Source: an uncultured Gemmatimonadales bacterium
Lineage (GTDB): Bacteria; Gemmatimonadota; Gemmatimonadetes; Longimicrobiales; Longimicrobiaceae
NCBI GenBank assembly: GCA_963716255.1
Contig: OY970303.1
Location: 1,248,001 to 1,312,000, forward strand
Length of the DNA: 64,000 bases
Direction: 5' to 3'
Position numbers and translations under genes: made by a program. Under the pieces are notes generated by a model. It was not told where the DNA came from, did not search any database, and saw nothing but the letters and a program-made list of their open reading frames with translations. Below are positions 47,501 to 56,781 of this stretch, piece by piece; the stretch's first letter is position 1, and every line of letters begins with the position of its first letter.

Positions 47501-49567
47501 GCCCCCGCTGAGCGTGATGGGCCCGGTGAGCGGCGAGTTGAACAGCCCGGGGCGCCCCAGCACCGTCCCCAGGCGGAAGTCCGCCACCCGGCCGGCCACG
47601 TCGAACTGCATCCCGTCGCCGGGGTCGCGCACCCGCCCGCCCAGGTCGAAGGTGCCGCCCTGGTGCGCCAGGTCAACGTCGAAGCGGAAGTCCGCCGCGC
47701 TCCCCCGCGCCGCGAAGGTGCCGCTCAGCGGCCCCTGCACCGGGCTGGAGGCGGCGAGGAGCACCCCGGAGCGGAACGCCTCCACCTGGCCGGTCACGTC
47801 GAAGCGGAGGGTCTCGCCGGGGAGCACGGTGCCGCGCGCGGCCAGGCGCCCGGCGGCGCCCTGGAAGTCCAGGTCGAAGGCGGCGCGCCCGGCGGTGCCG
47901 GACACGCGGAAGGGACCGCTCAGCGTCGCCGCCTGGAAGGGGAGCTGGGGGAACAGCTCCGTGAGCGTGGCGAGCGCCAGCGGCGCGGCGCGGCCCGTGA
48001 CCTCGTAGCGAAGCGCGGGGCTGGTGGAAAAGCGCGCCTCCAGGTCGGCCACCCGAGTGGGCGGGGCGTCGCCCACCTCGTACGCCAGCGTGCCGCCCGT
48101 CACTCGCAGGTCGGCCGGGGTGCCGCTGGCCATCGCGGTGCCGCGCAGCATCCCGCGCAGCAGCCCCGCCTGCGCCGTGTCGCCCATCATCGGCGCGAGC
48201 GCGGCCAGGTACACCGGCCGCGCCTCGATGCGCACCCCGTCCAGCCGGAAGGGCGCCGCGCCGCCCACCGCGACGTTCCCCGCGGCCGCCACCACCGAGG
48301 GCTCGCCGCCGGCGCCGCGCGGCCGGAAGCTGGCCGCCAGGTCGATGCGCAGCGCCCCCGGGCGCCCCTGCTCCAGCACGTCCAGGCTGGCCACCGTGCC
48401 GCGGACCGTGCCGTCGTACGGGATCTCCGCGAAGCCCAGCTGGTTGACGGTGGCGAAGTCCAGCGGGTCCAGCAGCAGCCGCGTGTCCGAGAACGCCCAG
48501 GGGCGCCCGCCGCCGCCCGTCGCCGCGAAGCGCCCGGAGATGCGCGACTCCGGGGTGGTGACGGCCGCGTCCGGCGAGCGCAGCGACATGCGCCCGTCGG
48601 GGAGCGACCCCACGTCCAGCGTGAACGCGGCGCGCCCCCCCTCCGGGACGCCGAAGCCCAGCCCGCGCAGGTCGCGGAAGTCCAGCGGCGCGGCGCGCAG
48701 CCGCGCGTCCCACAGGATCCCGCTCTCCGCCAGCCGGAAGGCGCCCTCCCCGGCGAAGGTGGAGAAGGGGGTGCGCAGCGCCTCCAGGTCGAAGCGGTAG
48801 CGGTCCGTCGCCACCTGCTCGATCCAGCCGCGCAGCTGCGCCACGCGCGTGTCGGGGTTGGACACCTCGGCCGTCAGCTCCGACACGTCCGCGCGCCACC
48901 CCTGCGTGCCTCCCACCCGCAGGGAAGACAGGCGCGCGTCCACGTCACGCGCCCGGCGCACCAGCATCGTCCGCCCGCCCATGCGCACCAGCGGCGGCCC
49001 CCCGCGCGAAGCGAAGCGCGCCGGGAGCGAGTCGCCCGGCTGCACCCCGGTGGCGATCATCACCCGGCCGTCCGTGAGCCGCACGTCGCGGAAGAGGAGC
49101 GGGCGGGAGGCATCGTCCAGCGTGTCCGCCCCCGCGGCGAAGCGCACCTCGGCGCCGTCCGCCTCCACCCGCAGCGCCTGCGTCAGGTTCCACTCCCCGT
49201 CCGGCCTCTCCACAAGCCGCAGGTACGGCTCCTCCACGTCCAGCCGGTCGAAGCGGATGGGCCCGGTGCCGCCCAGCGCGTCCGCGCGGAAGGTGAGGCG
49301 CGCGGTGGGGGCGTACAGGATGGTGTCGCGGGCGGGGTCCAGCACGGCCAGGCGCCGCAGCAGCACGCGCATGGTCCCGTCCTCCGACACCTTCTCCAGC
49401 TCGAAGGCCGAGCGGGGGAGACGAAGCCGGTTCTGCACCTGGAGCGCCGCCTCGTCCAGCGCCGCCTCGCGCACGTACACCCGGAACCCCACCCACAGCA
49501 GCAGGAGCCCGATCAGGGCGCCCGCCAGGGCGAGCCCGGCCCGCTGTGGAGGCGTGAGCCGCGCCAT
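44546..49567 (-). CDS. tamB: Translocation/assembly module TamB-like (AsmA-like) protein
   Basis: N-terminal TM anchor, ~1600 aa of beta-taco repeats, C-terminal DUF490-like region (LSSNTRPPLPESELLSYLIFGR); coupled to an Omp85 gene. Confidence 0.8.
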   Translation of the reverse strand: MARLTPPQRAGLALAGALIGLLLLWVGFRVYVREAALDEAALQVQNRLRLPRSAFELEKVSEDGTMRVLLRRLAVLDPARDTILYAPTARLTFRADALGGTGPIRFDRLDVEEPYLRLVERPDGEWNLTQALRVEADGAEVRFAAGADTLDDASRPLLFRDVRLTDGRVMIATGVQPGDSLPARFASRGGPPLVRMGGRTMLVRRARDVDARLSSLRVGGTQGWRADVSELTAEVSNPDTRVAQLRGWIEQVATDRYRFDLEALRTPFSTFAGEGAFRLAESGILWDARLRAAPLDFRDLRGLGFGVPEGGRAAFTLDVGSLPDGRMSLRSPDAAVTTPESRISGRFAATGGGGRPWAFSDTRLLLDPLDFATVNQLGFAEIPYDGTVRGTVASLDVLEQGRPGALRIDLAASFRPRGAGGEPSVVAAAGNVAVGGAAPFRLDGVRIEARPVYLAALAPMMGDTAQAGLLRGMLRGTAMASGTPADLRVTGGTLAYEVGDAPPTRVADLEARFSTSPALRYEVTGRAAPLALATLTELFPQLPFQAATLSGPFRVSGTAGRAAFDLDFQGAAGRLAARGTVLPGETLRFDVTGQVEAFRSGVLLAASSPVQGPLSGTFAARGSAADFRFDVDLAHQGGTFDLGGRVRDPGDGMQFDVAGRVADFRLGTVLGRPGLFNSPLTGPITLSGGGRQPYRFDVDLRGPVGLLDLEGWFRPGEVPSYFVTGRVAGVNPAELPGGRGMPAGSLTAALRVEGRGTTPETFEGSVDLTAQSSTLAGQPLDAATVRLAARGGILQVDTLEASFRGARVAASGAWGLTRPAAEPLRISLAARDLATFAPMLARAGMAPPDLAGSVALDGTVSGTFRSPAFDLAGSGSGLRYGTWRAGTLALRAQGSLGPQGWRGFGNLQADEVLLAGREEFQNLRLELNAAPGLATFGVFARRDGASDLSAAGTLALEGRELRGVELQSLGMRLGDASWQLMQPSRIVWGGVQGIEVERLALRRTGGRGGVIELDGRLPPTGTTDLRLNLAGVELADLRRITTAAPDVGGVLNLSAVLSGPVGSPEMTITGSVDSLSYGGVTTERVAIDGRYTGRQLVGNARLRMAGQDILTVEAALPMLISLGGTVPGFELLREEPLRARLVADSVPLGLMAAAIPTALKEGEGALSADAVVTGTLDDPTVNGWASMNGAAVTVVPLNRRFTDIDARIALRGEEIRIDTLSARSDGTASLTGSVLLDQPGEPRVLLRLVADGFDVIDREDLATLKVSSNLTLSGRLPEATLSGRLTLDEGTIRIPTLGERGEVAIVDAEVGEIGADTIPDAVAGASPAAAFGGLRVSALQVVVDEGVWLESEDARLQIRGDMLVTRAGAEPRIYGDLEVVRGSYALRVGPLRREFDIERGLVQFYGTPDLNPTLDIVAVNQVRTLDPGASGSVLEVQVQVGGTLQAPTLRLSSNTRPPLPESELLSYLIFGRSTAGLGGSTGALAQQILAQELFGGLVAAELEQELSRSGLVDYVRVRSRPGEATTPFGFGGALGAVGLSAPTFEFGWELSNDLFLTAEIGFPALEQSPLFGIGLDYQINERTRARLAREAVRRDVFTRPFYTGPDHQWTLDVQHRWEWGRTQPDSTALDSLAARAAAAQAAPAPPPAPQPQGAAETVRNPPAETPRKEEGTR

Positions 49568-51732
49568 CAGAACGCCTGTCCCACCGCGATGTAGAACACG
49601 AACCGCCGCCGGAACTTGTCCCCGGGGTCGTAGTCGCGCACCAGCGTCACCGGGTCGCCCTCTTCCGTGAAGCGGATCAGCGGGCCCACCGGGTCGGGGT
49701 ACGGGTTGTAGGCGGCGTCCACGCGGATGGGACCCACGGGGGTGAGGACGCGGAGCCCCAGCCCCGGGGTGAAGCGGAACCGGGACTCACCCACCAGCGT
49801 GTCGCTGGGGCTGGTCCACACCCGCCCGCCGTCCACGAACGCGGCGATGCGCAGGTTCTCGCTGAAGAACGGCGAGGGCATGCGCAGCTCCGCCGAGGTC
49901 ACCAGCATCCGGGTCCCCCCGATCCCAGCGGGGGTCGTGTCGCGCTGCGTCTCGTCCTCGCCCACGTCGCCGCGGCGGGGGGTGTCCAGGTACACGCGCG
50001 GCCCCAGCCCGTTGCGGCGGAACCCGCGCACGCTGTTGGGGCCGCCCGCGTAGAACTTCCGGTCCGGCGGGATGTACCCCTGGCTCCCCACCACCCCCTC
50101 CAGGAACGTCCCCCCCTGGAGCCGCCCGGCGAGGACCCACCCCTCGCGCACCTGGCGGTACGCCGTGGCGTCGCCGAAGAGGCGCAGGTAGCGGTCGTCC
50201 GAGGCGAGGAACTGCGTCGCCCAGTCGGCGCTGCCGCGCACCTGGTATCCGCCCACCGGGTACACGTCCGAGCGGGTGCGGTCGCGCACCATGGAGAGCG
50301 TGAAGAAGTTGGACCAGCGGCTCTCCTGAAGGGTGTCGATCGCCTCCCGGGTGCACACCTCCAGCGAGAAGCAGAAGAAGATGGGCTCGGCCAGGGTGGA
50401 GCCGCGGTTCACGTTGACCGCCGCGGTGGCGAGCGTCTTGGTCGCGACCTCGCGGATCACCGCCAGCCGCCCGCCGCTGGAGGTGCGCAGGTAGGTTTCC
50501 AGCTCGGAGATGCGCTCGGTGTACAGGTTGAGCGTGGTGCTGGTCTGCGTCCCGAACAGGCGCGGCTGCACGAAGTCCGCGGCCACGCGGTAGTTGAGCA
50601 CGTTGCCCAGCGTGTCGTCCTGGAGCGCCTTGCACAGGTTGTTCTGGAAGCCGGCGTCCAGCGGCTCGCCCGCGCCCACCTTGGACACCGACCCCGACAG
50701 CTCCAGCGTGCGCCCGCCTCCCAGGAAGTTGCGGTCCAGGCGCCGCGCCTCCGTCCGCAGGCAGTCGATGGTACCGTATCCCCCGGCGACCTCGGCCAGG
50801 TACTGCGGCGCCTCCACCACGCGCACCAGCACGGTGGCGCTCGAGCTGTCCGGGTTGAGCTGCAGCGAGTCCGGCGCGAGCTCCACCGCGGCGAAGTTCA
50901 CGATCTGGAAGTCGTACAGGTTGCGCTGGCTCCGGGCCAGCTCGGAGGGGCGGAGCACGTCGCCGGCCCGGATGCTGAGCTGGCGCCGCGCCGTGCGCTG
51001 GCTCAGCCGAGCCGCGCCCACGACCACCACCGAGTCCACGTGCACCAGCGGCCCCGGCACCGCCTCGTAGCGCACGCGGGCCAGGTCGGCGATGGTGTCC
51101 AGGTCGTAGTTGCGGAGCACCTGCGAGTAGGCGTAGCCGCTTTCCAGCAGCCGGCCGCGGATGGTGTCGGCGGCGGCGAGGAAGCCGTTGCGCCGGAAGG
51201 GGCCGCCGCGCTCGATGGGGAGACGGGGGACGAGCACGTCCGCCCCCACGATCCCCTCCGTCCCCACCACCTCCAGCGAGTCCACCCGCACCAGGTCGCC
51301 CGGGACGATGCCGAAGCGCACCGCCACCGCGTCCTCCCCCACGTTCTCCACCGTGGGTGTGACCCGTGTCCCGTAGTAGCCGTGGTCGCGGTGCACCAGC
51401 TGGATGCGGGCGACGTCCTGCTGCAGGTCGTTCAGGTCCAGCCGGTTGGTTGCCCGCCCGATCCCGAAGAGGCAGACCGGTAGCCCCAGCGACTTGCAGC
51501 TGCTGGGCCGGGTGGAGAGCACCGCGTGCAGGGTGTCGTGGGGAACCACCTGCTCCCCGGCGAAGTCCACGCTCCGCACCTCCTTGCCCGCGAACTCGGC
51601 CAGCCCGGGGTACGGCCCGGTCTGCGGCACGTTGGGCGCGCACGCGGCGAGCGCCGCCGCCGCGCACGCGGCTGCCAGGCGCGCGGCGCGGCGGAGGCGC
51701 GCGGGGAGGCTCGGGTCGGGACGGTTCGGCAT
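49567..51732 (-). CDS. Omp85-family outer-membrane protein (TamA/TamL-like)
   Basis: LAAC lipobox, POTRA domains, FYAGGPNSVRGF, GPIRVD, C-terminal IAVGQAF. Confidence 0.88.
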   Translation of the reverse strand: MPNRPDPSLPARLRRAARLAAACAAAALAACAPNVPQTGPYPGLAEFAGKEVRSVDFAGEQVVPHDTLHAVLSTRPSSCKSLGLPVCLFGIGRATNRLDLNDLQQDVARIQLVHRDHGYYGTRVTPTVENVGEDAVAVRFGIVPGDLVRVDSLEVVGTEGIVGADVLVPRLPIERGGPFRRNGFLAAADTIRGRLLESGYAYSQVLRNYDLDTIADLARVRYEAVPGPLVHVDSVVVVGAARLSQRTARRQLSIRAGDVLRPSELARSQRNLYDFQIVNFAAVELAPDSLQLNPDSSSATVLVRVVEAPQYLAEVAGGYGTIDCLRTEARRLDRNFLGGGRTLELSGSVSKVGAGEPLDAGFQNNLCKALQDDTLGNVLNYRVAADFVQPRLFGTQTSTTLNLYTERISELETYLRTSSGGRLAVIREVATKTLATAAVNVNRGSTLAEPIFFCFSLEVCTREAIDTLQESRWSNFFTLSMVRDRTRSDVYPVGGYQVRGSADWATQFLASDDRYLRLFGDATAYRQVREGWVLAGRLQGGTFLEGVVGSQGYIPPDRKFYAGGPNSVRGFRRNGLGPRVYLDTPRRGDVGEDETQRDTTPAGIGGTRMLVTSAELRMPSPFFSENLRIAAFVDGGRVWTSPSDTLVGESRFRFTPGLGLRVLTPVGPIRVDAAYNPYPDPVGPLIRFTEEGDPVTLVRDYDPGDKFRRRFVFYIAVGQAF

Positions 51733-51911
51733 GCGCGAAGGAACGCGTGGATCAGGCGCGGCGCCCTCTTCCCGGCGCGCCGGGGGGCAAGCACCGGAGC
51801 GTGGGCCCGCGGAACGGAACATGGGTGCGCTGGAGCCGCGGCGGAAACAGATGCCAGCCAGAATCACCTGGGGTCGCGCATCTAGCGTGCCAGTTGACGG
51901 CGGGAAGCGCC

Positions 51912-52048
51912 GGGTTCGGGCGTGCCCCTCGCTGGCGCTCGGGTCGGGCTGCGGCTCCGTAGGCGAGCAAACGACGCTCGCCAACGGAGGCGAGCCCCGC
52001 GGAAACTACCCCGCGGGTCTCGCCGCTTCGCGCTCGCATCCCTCACGC
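51912..52048 (+). repeat. Repeat family A, copy 7 (variant)
   Basis: Conserved ends; stem GGCGAGC/GCTCGCC. Confidence 0.9.
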
Positions 52049-52069
52049 GGGCATCGCGCTTCGTCCGCG

Positions 52070-54643
52070 TCAGCGCTCCGGGATCACCAGGGTGTCGCGC
52101 GGGCCGCCGGAACGGATCACCAGCGTGTCGCGCGGCTCGCCGCGGCGCGGGGACGCCGGCTCCGGCTCCCCCGGGACGGCGGCGCGGTCCTCCCCGCGGC
52201 GGGTGCGCGGCGGCGCTTCCTCGTCCCGCGGCGCGGGCGTGGAGCGCGCGGGCTCCGCTTCGCCCTCGCCGCTCACGGCATCGGAGAGAGCGTCGCCGAT
52301 GCCGCGCAGCGCCCGGTCCAGCGCGCGGGACGCCCACTCCTCCATCCCCACGTCCAGCTCGTCCAGCTTGCGCCGCAGCCACCCCTCGATCCCGCCGCCG
52401 TACGGCACCCCCGCGGGGCAGACCTCCTCCGGGACGTGCTGGCGGAGAAAGGACTCGCGGTACGTTTCCCCGCGCGCCCGGCACCCCGGGGCGAGCACCG
52501 CGCCGCTGGCGGACACCACGTCGCGCTGCACCACCCCGCGGGGGGGCTCCCACTCCGGTGCGGCCCCGTCCTGCGCCGCGGCGACGATGCGCCCCCACAC
52601 CGGCGCCGCCAGGACCCCGCCCGAGCCGTCGCGCACGATGGGGCGCGGCCGGTCGAAGCCGATCCACACCGCGCCCACCAGCCGGGGGGTGAACCCCACG
52701 AACCACGCGTCGGTGGCGTCGTTGGTGGTCCCCGTCTTTCCCGCCGCCGGGCCGCGCACCCCCGCGTCGCGGGCGCGGCGGCCGGTGCCCCGGTCCACCA
52801 CGTCGCGGAGCATGGAGGTGACCACGAAGGCGGTGGGCGGGTCCAGCACCTCCTTCCTGCTCACCCCCGGCTCCCACAGCACCACGCCGGCCGGGTCCTC
52901 CACCCGCGTCACCCAGCGGGGCTGGGTGCGGTCGCCCAGGTTGGCGAAGGCGGTGTACGCCGCCGCCAGCTCCATGGGCCGCACCGCCGACGCGCCGATG
53001 GCCATGGCGGGCGATTCGGCGATGGGGGTGGAGATCCCCATCTCCCGGGCCAGCGAGCGCACCCGGCCGATCCCCACCCGCTCCGCCAGCAGCACCGCCA
53101 CCGTGTTGATGGACTCGCGCAGCGAGCGCCGCACCGTCACCGGCCCGCGGAAGCGCCCGTCGAAGTTGCGCGGCTCCCACACGTCGCCCGCCGGGAGCAC
53201 GCGGCGCAGCGGCGCGTCGCTCACCAGCTCGGTGGGCGGGATGCCGGCGTCCACGGCCGCGGCGTACACGAACGGCTTGAAGGCCGAGCCCGGCTGCCGG
53301 AACCCCTGCAGCATGCGGTCGAAGCCGGACTCCGAGAAGTCGCGCCCGCCCACCAGCGCCAGCACGTCGCCCGTCTCCGCCCGGATCACGGTGGCCGCGC
53401 CCTGAAGGTACGGCGTTTCCGGCATGCCGGGGCGGAAGTCGGCCCGCCGGGGCGCGTCCATCCGCCCGAACTCGCCCGCCTCGATGCGCGCGAGCTGCCG
53501 CTCCAGCGTGCGCTCGGCGGCGGCCTGCACGCCGGGGAGGAGCGGCGTGTGGATGCGCAGCGAGCGCCCGTACAGTTCCTCGCCGAAGCGCTCCTCCATC
53601 ACCCGGCGCACCTGCTCCACGTAGTAGGGCGCCCGCCTCCTCCTGCGCTCCGGCGTCCAGCGCGCCAGGCGCGGCTCGGCGCGCTTCGCTTCCGCCGCCT
53701 GCCCCGCGGTCACGAACCCCTCCTGCGCCATCAGCGACAGCACCAGGTTGCGCCGCTGGAGCGAGCGCTGCCGGTTCTTGCGCGGGTTGTAGTGCGTGGG
53801 CGCCTTGGGGAGCCCCGCAAGCAGCGCCGCCTCGGAAAGCTTGAGGTCGCGCGCGCGCTTGCCGAAGTACACGCGCGCCGCCGACTCGATGCCGTAGACG
53901 CCCTCGCCGAAGTAGATGTGGTTGAGGTAGAGCTGGAGGATCTCCTCCTTGCTCAGCCGCCCCTCGATCTCGCGGGCGACGCGGATCTCCAGGATCTTGC
54001 GGCGCGGCGTACGGTCCGCGGCCGGGAGCCGGTCCGGGAAGACGTTGCGCGCCACCTGCATGGTGATGGTGCTCGCCCCCTGCCCCCGCGCCCCCGGCTT
54101 GAGGTTGCGCAGCATGGTGCCGGTGAAGCGCCGCCAGTCCACCCCGTGGTGCCGGTAGAAACGCTTGTCCTCCACCGCCACGAACGCGGCCGGCACGTAG
54201 TCGGGGAGGTCGCGGATCCTCACCACCTCCCAGCGCGTGGGGCTGAGCTCCGCCAGCACGCCGCCGCGCGCGTCGTACACCACCGGCGCGCCGCCCGGCT
54301 GGAACGCCGTCAGCCGCGCCACCGACGGGCACCCCGTGAGCCCGCACCGCTCCCACGAGAACCCCGCCAGGAACCCCATGAGCGCGAGCACGCCGAGGAT
54401 CGTCCGCCGCCACCCGCGCCGCCCCCACACCTCCGCCACCCCCCTCCCCGCGGAGCGCAGCACCGACGTGAACGCCTCGCGGTCCCTCCGCAACTCCCCG
54501 CGCAGCCCCTCGCCGGCCTTCGCGGGCGCCTCGCGCACCGCGCCGCCGGGATCCGCCCGGAACACCCGCCAGCGCTCCCTCAGCCGCTTCAGCGGCCCGG
54601 GGCGGTAGAGGTTGCGGACCGGATCCGGATCGGGCGAGGACAT
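52070..54643 (-). CDS. Class A penicillin-binding protein (PBP1A family)
   Basis: EDKRFYRHHG, GASTITMQ, RKILE; SAFK, SIN, KTG transpeptidase motifs. Confidence 0.93.
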   Translation of the reverse strand: MSSPDPDPVRNLYRPGPLKRLRERWRVFRADPGGAVREAPAKAGEGLRGELRRDREAFTSVLRSAGRGVAEVWGRRGWRRTILGVLALMGFLAGFSWERCGLTGCPSVARLTAFQPGGAPVVYDARGGVLAELSPTRWEVVRIRDLPDYVPAAFVAVEDKRFYRHHGVDWRRFTGTMLRNLKPGARGQGASTITMQVARNVFPDRLPAADRTPRRKILEIRVAREIEGRLSKEEILQLYLNHIYFGEGVYGIESAARVYFGKRARDLKLSEAALLAGLPKAPTHYNPRKNRQRSLQRRNLVLSLMAQEGFVTAGQAAEAKRAEPRLARWTPERRRRRAPYYVEQVRRVMEERFGEELYGRSLRIHTPLLPGVQAAAERTLERQLARIEAGEFGRMDAPRRADFRPGMPETPYLQGAATVIRAETGDVLALVGGRDFSESGFDRMLQGFRQPGSAFKPFVYAAAVDAGIPPTELVSDAPLRRVLPAGDVWEPRNFDGRFRGPVTVRRSLRESINTVAVLLAERVGIGRVRSLAREMGISTPIAESPAMAIGASAVRPMELAAAYTAFANLGDRTQPRWVTRVEDPAGVVLWEPGVSRKEVLDPPTAFVVTSMLRDVVDRGTGRRARDAGVRGPAAGKTGTTNDATDAWFVGFTPRLVGAVWIGFDRPRPIVRDGSGGVLAAPVWGRIVAAAQDGAAPEWEPPRGVVQRDVVSASGAVLAPGCRARGETYRESFLRQHVPEEVCPAGVPYGGGIEGWLRRKLDELDVGMEEWASRALDRALRGIGDALSDAVSGEGEAEPARSTPAPRDEEAPPRTRRGEDRAAVPGEPEPASPRRGEPRDTLVIRSGGPRDTLVIPER

Positions 54644-54743
54644 CGAGTGCGTGAGTGCGAGAGTGCGAAAGTGGAGCAGCCGTGGTACTACCCGCCGCGC
54701 GCCCCACTTGCTCCACGCGTCTCGCAGTTTCCCTGCCGTTCCC

Positions 54744-54894
54744 CGCAGTACCCCCCAGAATCCATTCGGAGGGAGACCCGCCGGCAGTTTGGCGGGGCTC
54801 ACTCCGGCGCAGGGAGACCCGGGGCAGTTTCCGGGGCTCCCTGCGCCCGCGTAGGAAACAGGCCGGCAGTTTGGCCTGGTTCCGGAGCGGCCCC
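54744..54894 (-). repeat. Repeat family B, copy 3
   Basis: Three hairpin modules with GGCAGTTT loops (as read on plus strand). Confidence 0.9.
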
Positions 54895-55034
54895 ACCAGA
54901 CCCCGTCGAAGCGCGCCAAGATACGCCCCAAAACCCGCTCAGCAACAGGGCACCGCCGAGTCCGGACGCGAAAAAAGCCGGCCCCGGAAACCCGGGACCG
55001 GCCATTCGGAATCGAAGCTGAACCAGCGAGCCCG

Positions 55035-56282
55035 TCAGACCACCTTGAGGATCTTCTCCAGCTGCTCGGCCGAGAGCTCCTTGCCGGCGTTCTTGCCCAT
55101 GCGGCGCCCGCGGTTGTCGCGGGGCTTCTTGAGCTCCGGCGTGTACGTGGTCTCCTCGGTGGCGCTCCCGAAGCCGAAGCCCGGCAGCTCCACGCGGGGG
55201 AGCGAGTACCCCAGCAGCAGCTCGATCTGCTTGACGTCGCCGATCTCGCCGCCGGACATGAAGGTGATGGCCTCGCCCTTGGCCCCGGCGCGCGCGGTGC
55301 GGCCCACGCGGTGCACGTAGCCGTCCGGGTCCTGCGGGGCGTCGTAGTTGATGACGTGCGAGATGCCGTCCACGTCCAGCCCGCGCTGCGCCACGTCGGT
55401 GGCGACCAGCACCTGCACCTTGCCGTCGCGGAAGGAGTCCAGCGCCGACACGCGCTCCTTCATGCTCCGGTCGCCGTGCATCACCTCCACCGAGATGCCG
55501 GCGCGCTGCAGCTGCCCGGACACCTTGTCCGCCCCGAACTTGGTGCGGGTGAAGACCAGCACCGAGTCCATCCCCGGCCGCTTGAGCAGCTCCAGGAGGA
55601 GCCCGGTCTTCTTGCTCTCCTGCACGGGGAAGACGAACTGCTCCACCCCGTCGGCGGTGGTCTTCTGCGGCGCCGCCTCCACCGTGACCGGGTCGCGCAG
55701 GCTGTCGTACGCCAGCGACTTGACCTCGTTGGGCATGGTCGCCGAGAAGAACAGCGTCTGGCGCTTCTTGGGGAGGTGGCGCAGGATCTCGTTGATCTGC
55801 GGGCGGAACCCCATGTCCAGCATGCGGTCCGCCTCGTCCAGCACCAGCACCTCCACCCCGGCGAGGCTCACGTTGCCGCGCTCCAGGTGGTCGATCAGGC
55901 GCCCCGGCGTGGCCACCAGAACCTCGTAGCCGGCGCGCAGCCCGCGCAGGTCACGGTCCACGGGCGTGCCGCCGTACAGCACCCCCACGAACAGCTCGGA
56001 GCCGCGCGAGTACTCGCGGGCGTTCTCGTACACCTGGATGGCCAGCTCGCGGGTGGGGCACAGGACCAGCGCCCGGAGCCCTTCCTTGCCGCGCAGGTGG
56101 TGGAGCGTGGGCAGCATGAACGCCGCCGTCTTTCCCGTGCCCGTCTGGGCCTTGCCCAGCACGTCCTTGCCGGCGAGCGCTTCGGGGATGGCGAGCCGCT
56201 GGATGGGGGTGGGCTCCAGGTAGCCCAGGTCGGTCACTGCCTGCACCAGCTCCGGCGCGAGCCCGAGTTCGTTGAATTGCAT
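55035..56282 (-). CDS. DEAD-box RNA helicase (RhlE-like)
   Basis: Q motif, AQTGTGKT, PTRELA, TPGRL, DEAD, SAT, HRVGRTAR. Confidence 0.96.
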   Translation of the reverse strand: MQFNELGLAPELVQAVTDLGYLEPTPIQRLAIPEALAGKDVLGKAQTGTGKTAAFMLPTLHHLRGKEGLRALVLCPTRELAIQVYENAREYSRGSELFVGVLYGGTPVDRDLRGLRAGYEVLVATPGRLIDHLERGNVSLAGVEVLVLDEADRMLDMGFRPQINEILRHLPKKRQTLFFSATMPNEVKSLAYDSLRDPVTVEAAPQKTTADGVEQFVFPVQESKKTGLLLELLKRPGMDSVLVFTRTKFGADKVSGQLQRAGISVEVMHGDRSMKERVSALDSFRDGKVQVLVATDVAQRGLDVDGISHVINYDAPQDPDGYVHRVGRTARAGAKGEAITFMSGGEIGDVKQIELLLGYSLPRVELPGFGFGSATEETTYTPELKKPRDNRGRRMGKNAGKELSAEQLEKILKVV

Positions 56283-56781
56283 GGATCTCCTGTTAGGCCC
56301 GGGCTCTTCCCTTCCGGGTCCGCTTTCGTGTGCGGCCGCGCGCGGTGTGCTCGCGGTCCGCGATGGTTTTTTCCACCTGGCGGTGAGGTGCTCGGGAAGC
56401 AGCGGCCGGTTTGCCCGGGCGGGGTCGCCGCGGGGAGCCGAAGGAGCACCGATCCTGCGTTCTCGTGTACTAAAAAACGTCGTCGTGTAACCAGACGGCG
56501 TCGTCGCGTACTAAAGACTGGTGAATCTAACACATGCGCGCGTTCGGCGCCACCCGTGGACGGGTCCGGGCCCGCGCCGCCGCGCCGCCGCTTCGTGGAC
56601 GGGGCCGGCGGCTCCCGGCGGCCCGCTCCGGCAGGGCAGACGCGAAAGGTGCGGGGCACCCCCCGGGCAGGTGGCGGCACGCTGTTTCCCGGGTTACAAT
56701 TACCCCGATCCGGCCGGTACCGAGCCGGAGGGCGGCCCGGCAACGGTACCGCGCGGAGTTTTGCGGAAAAAGCGATCCTCA

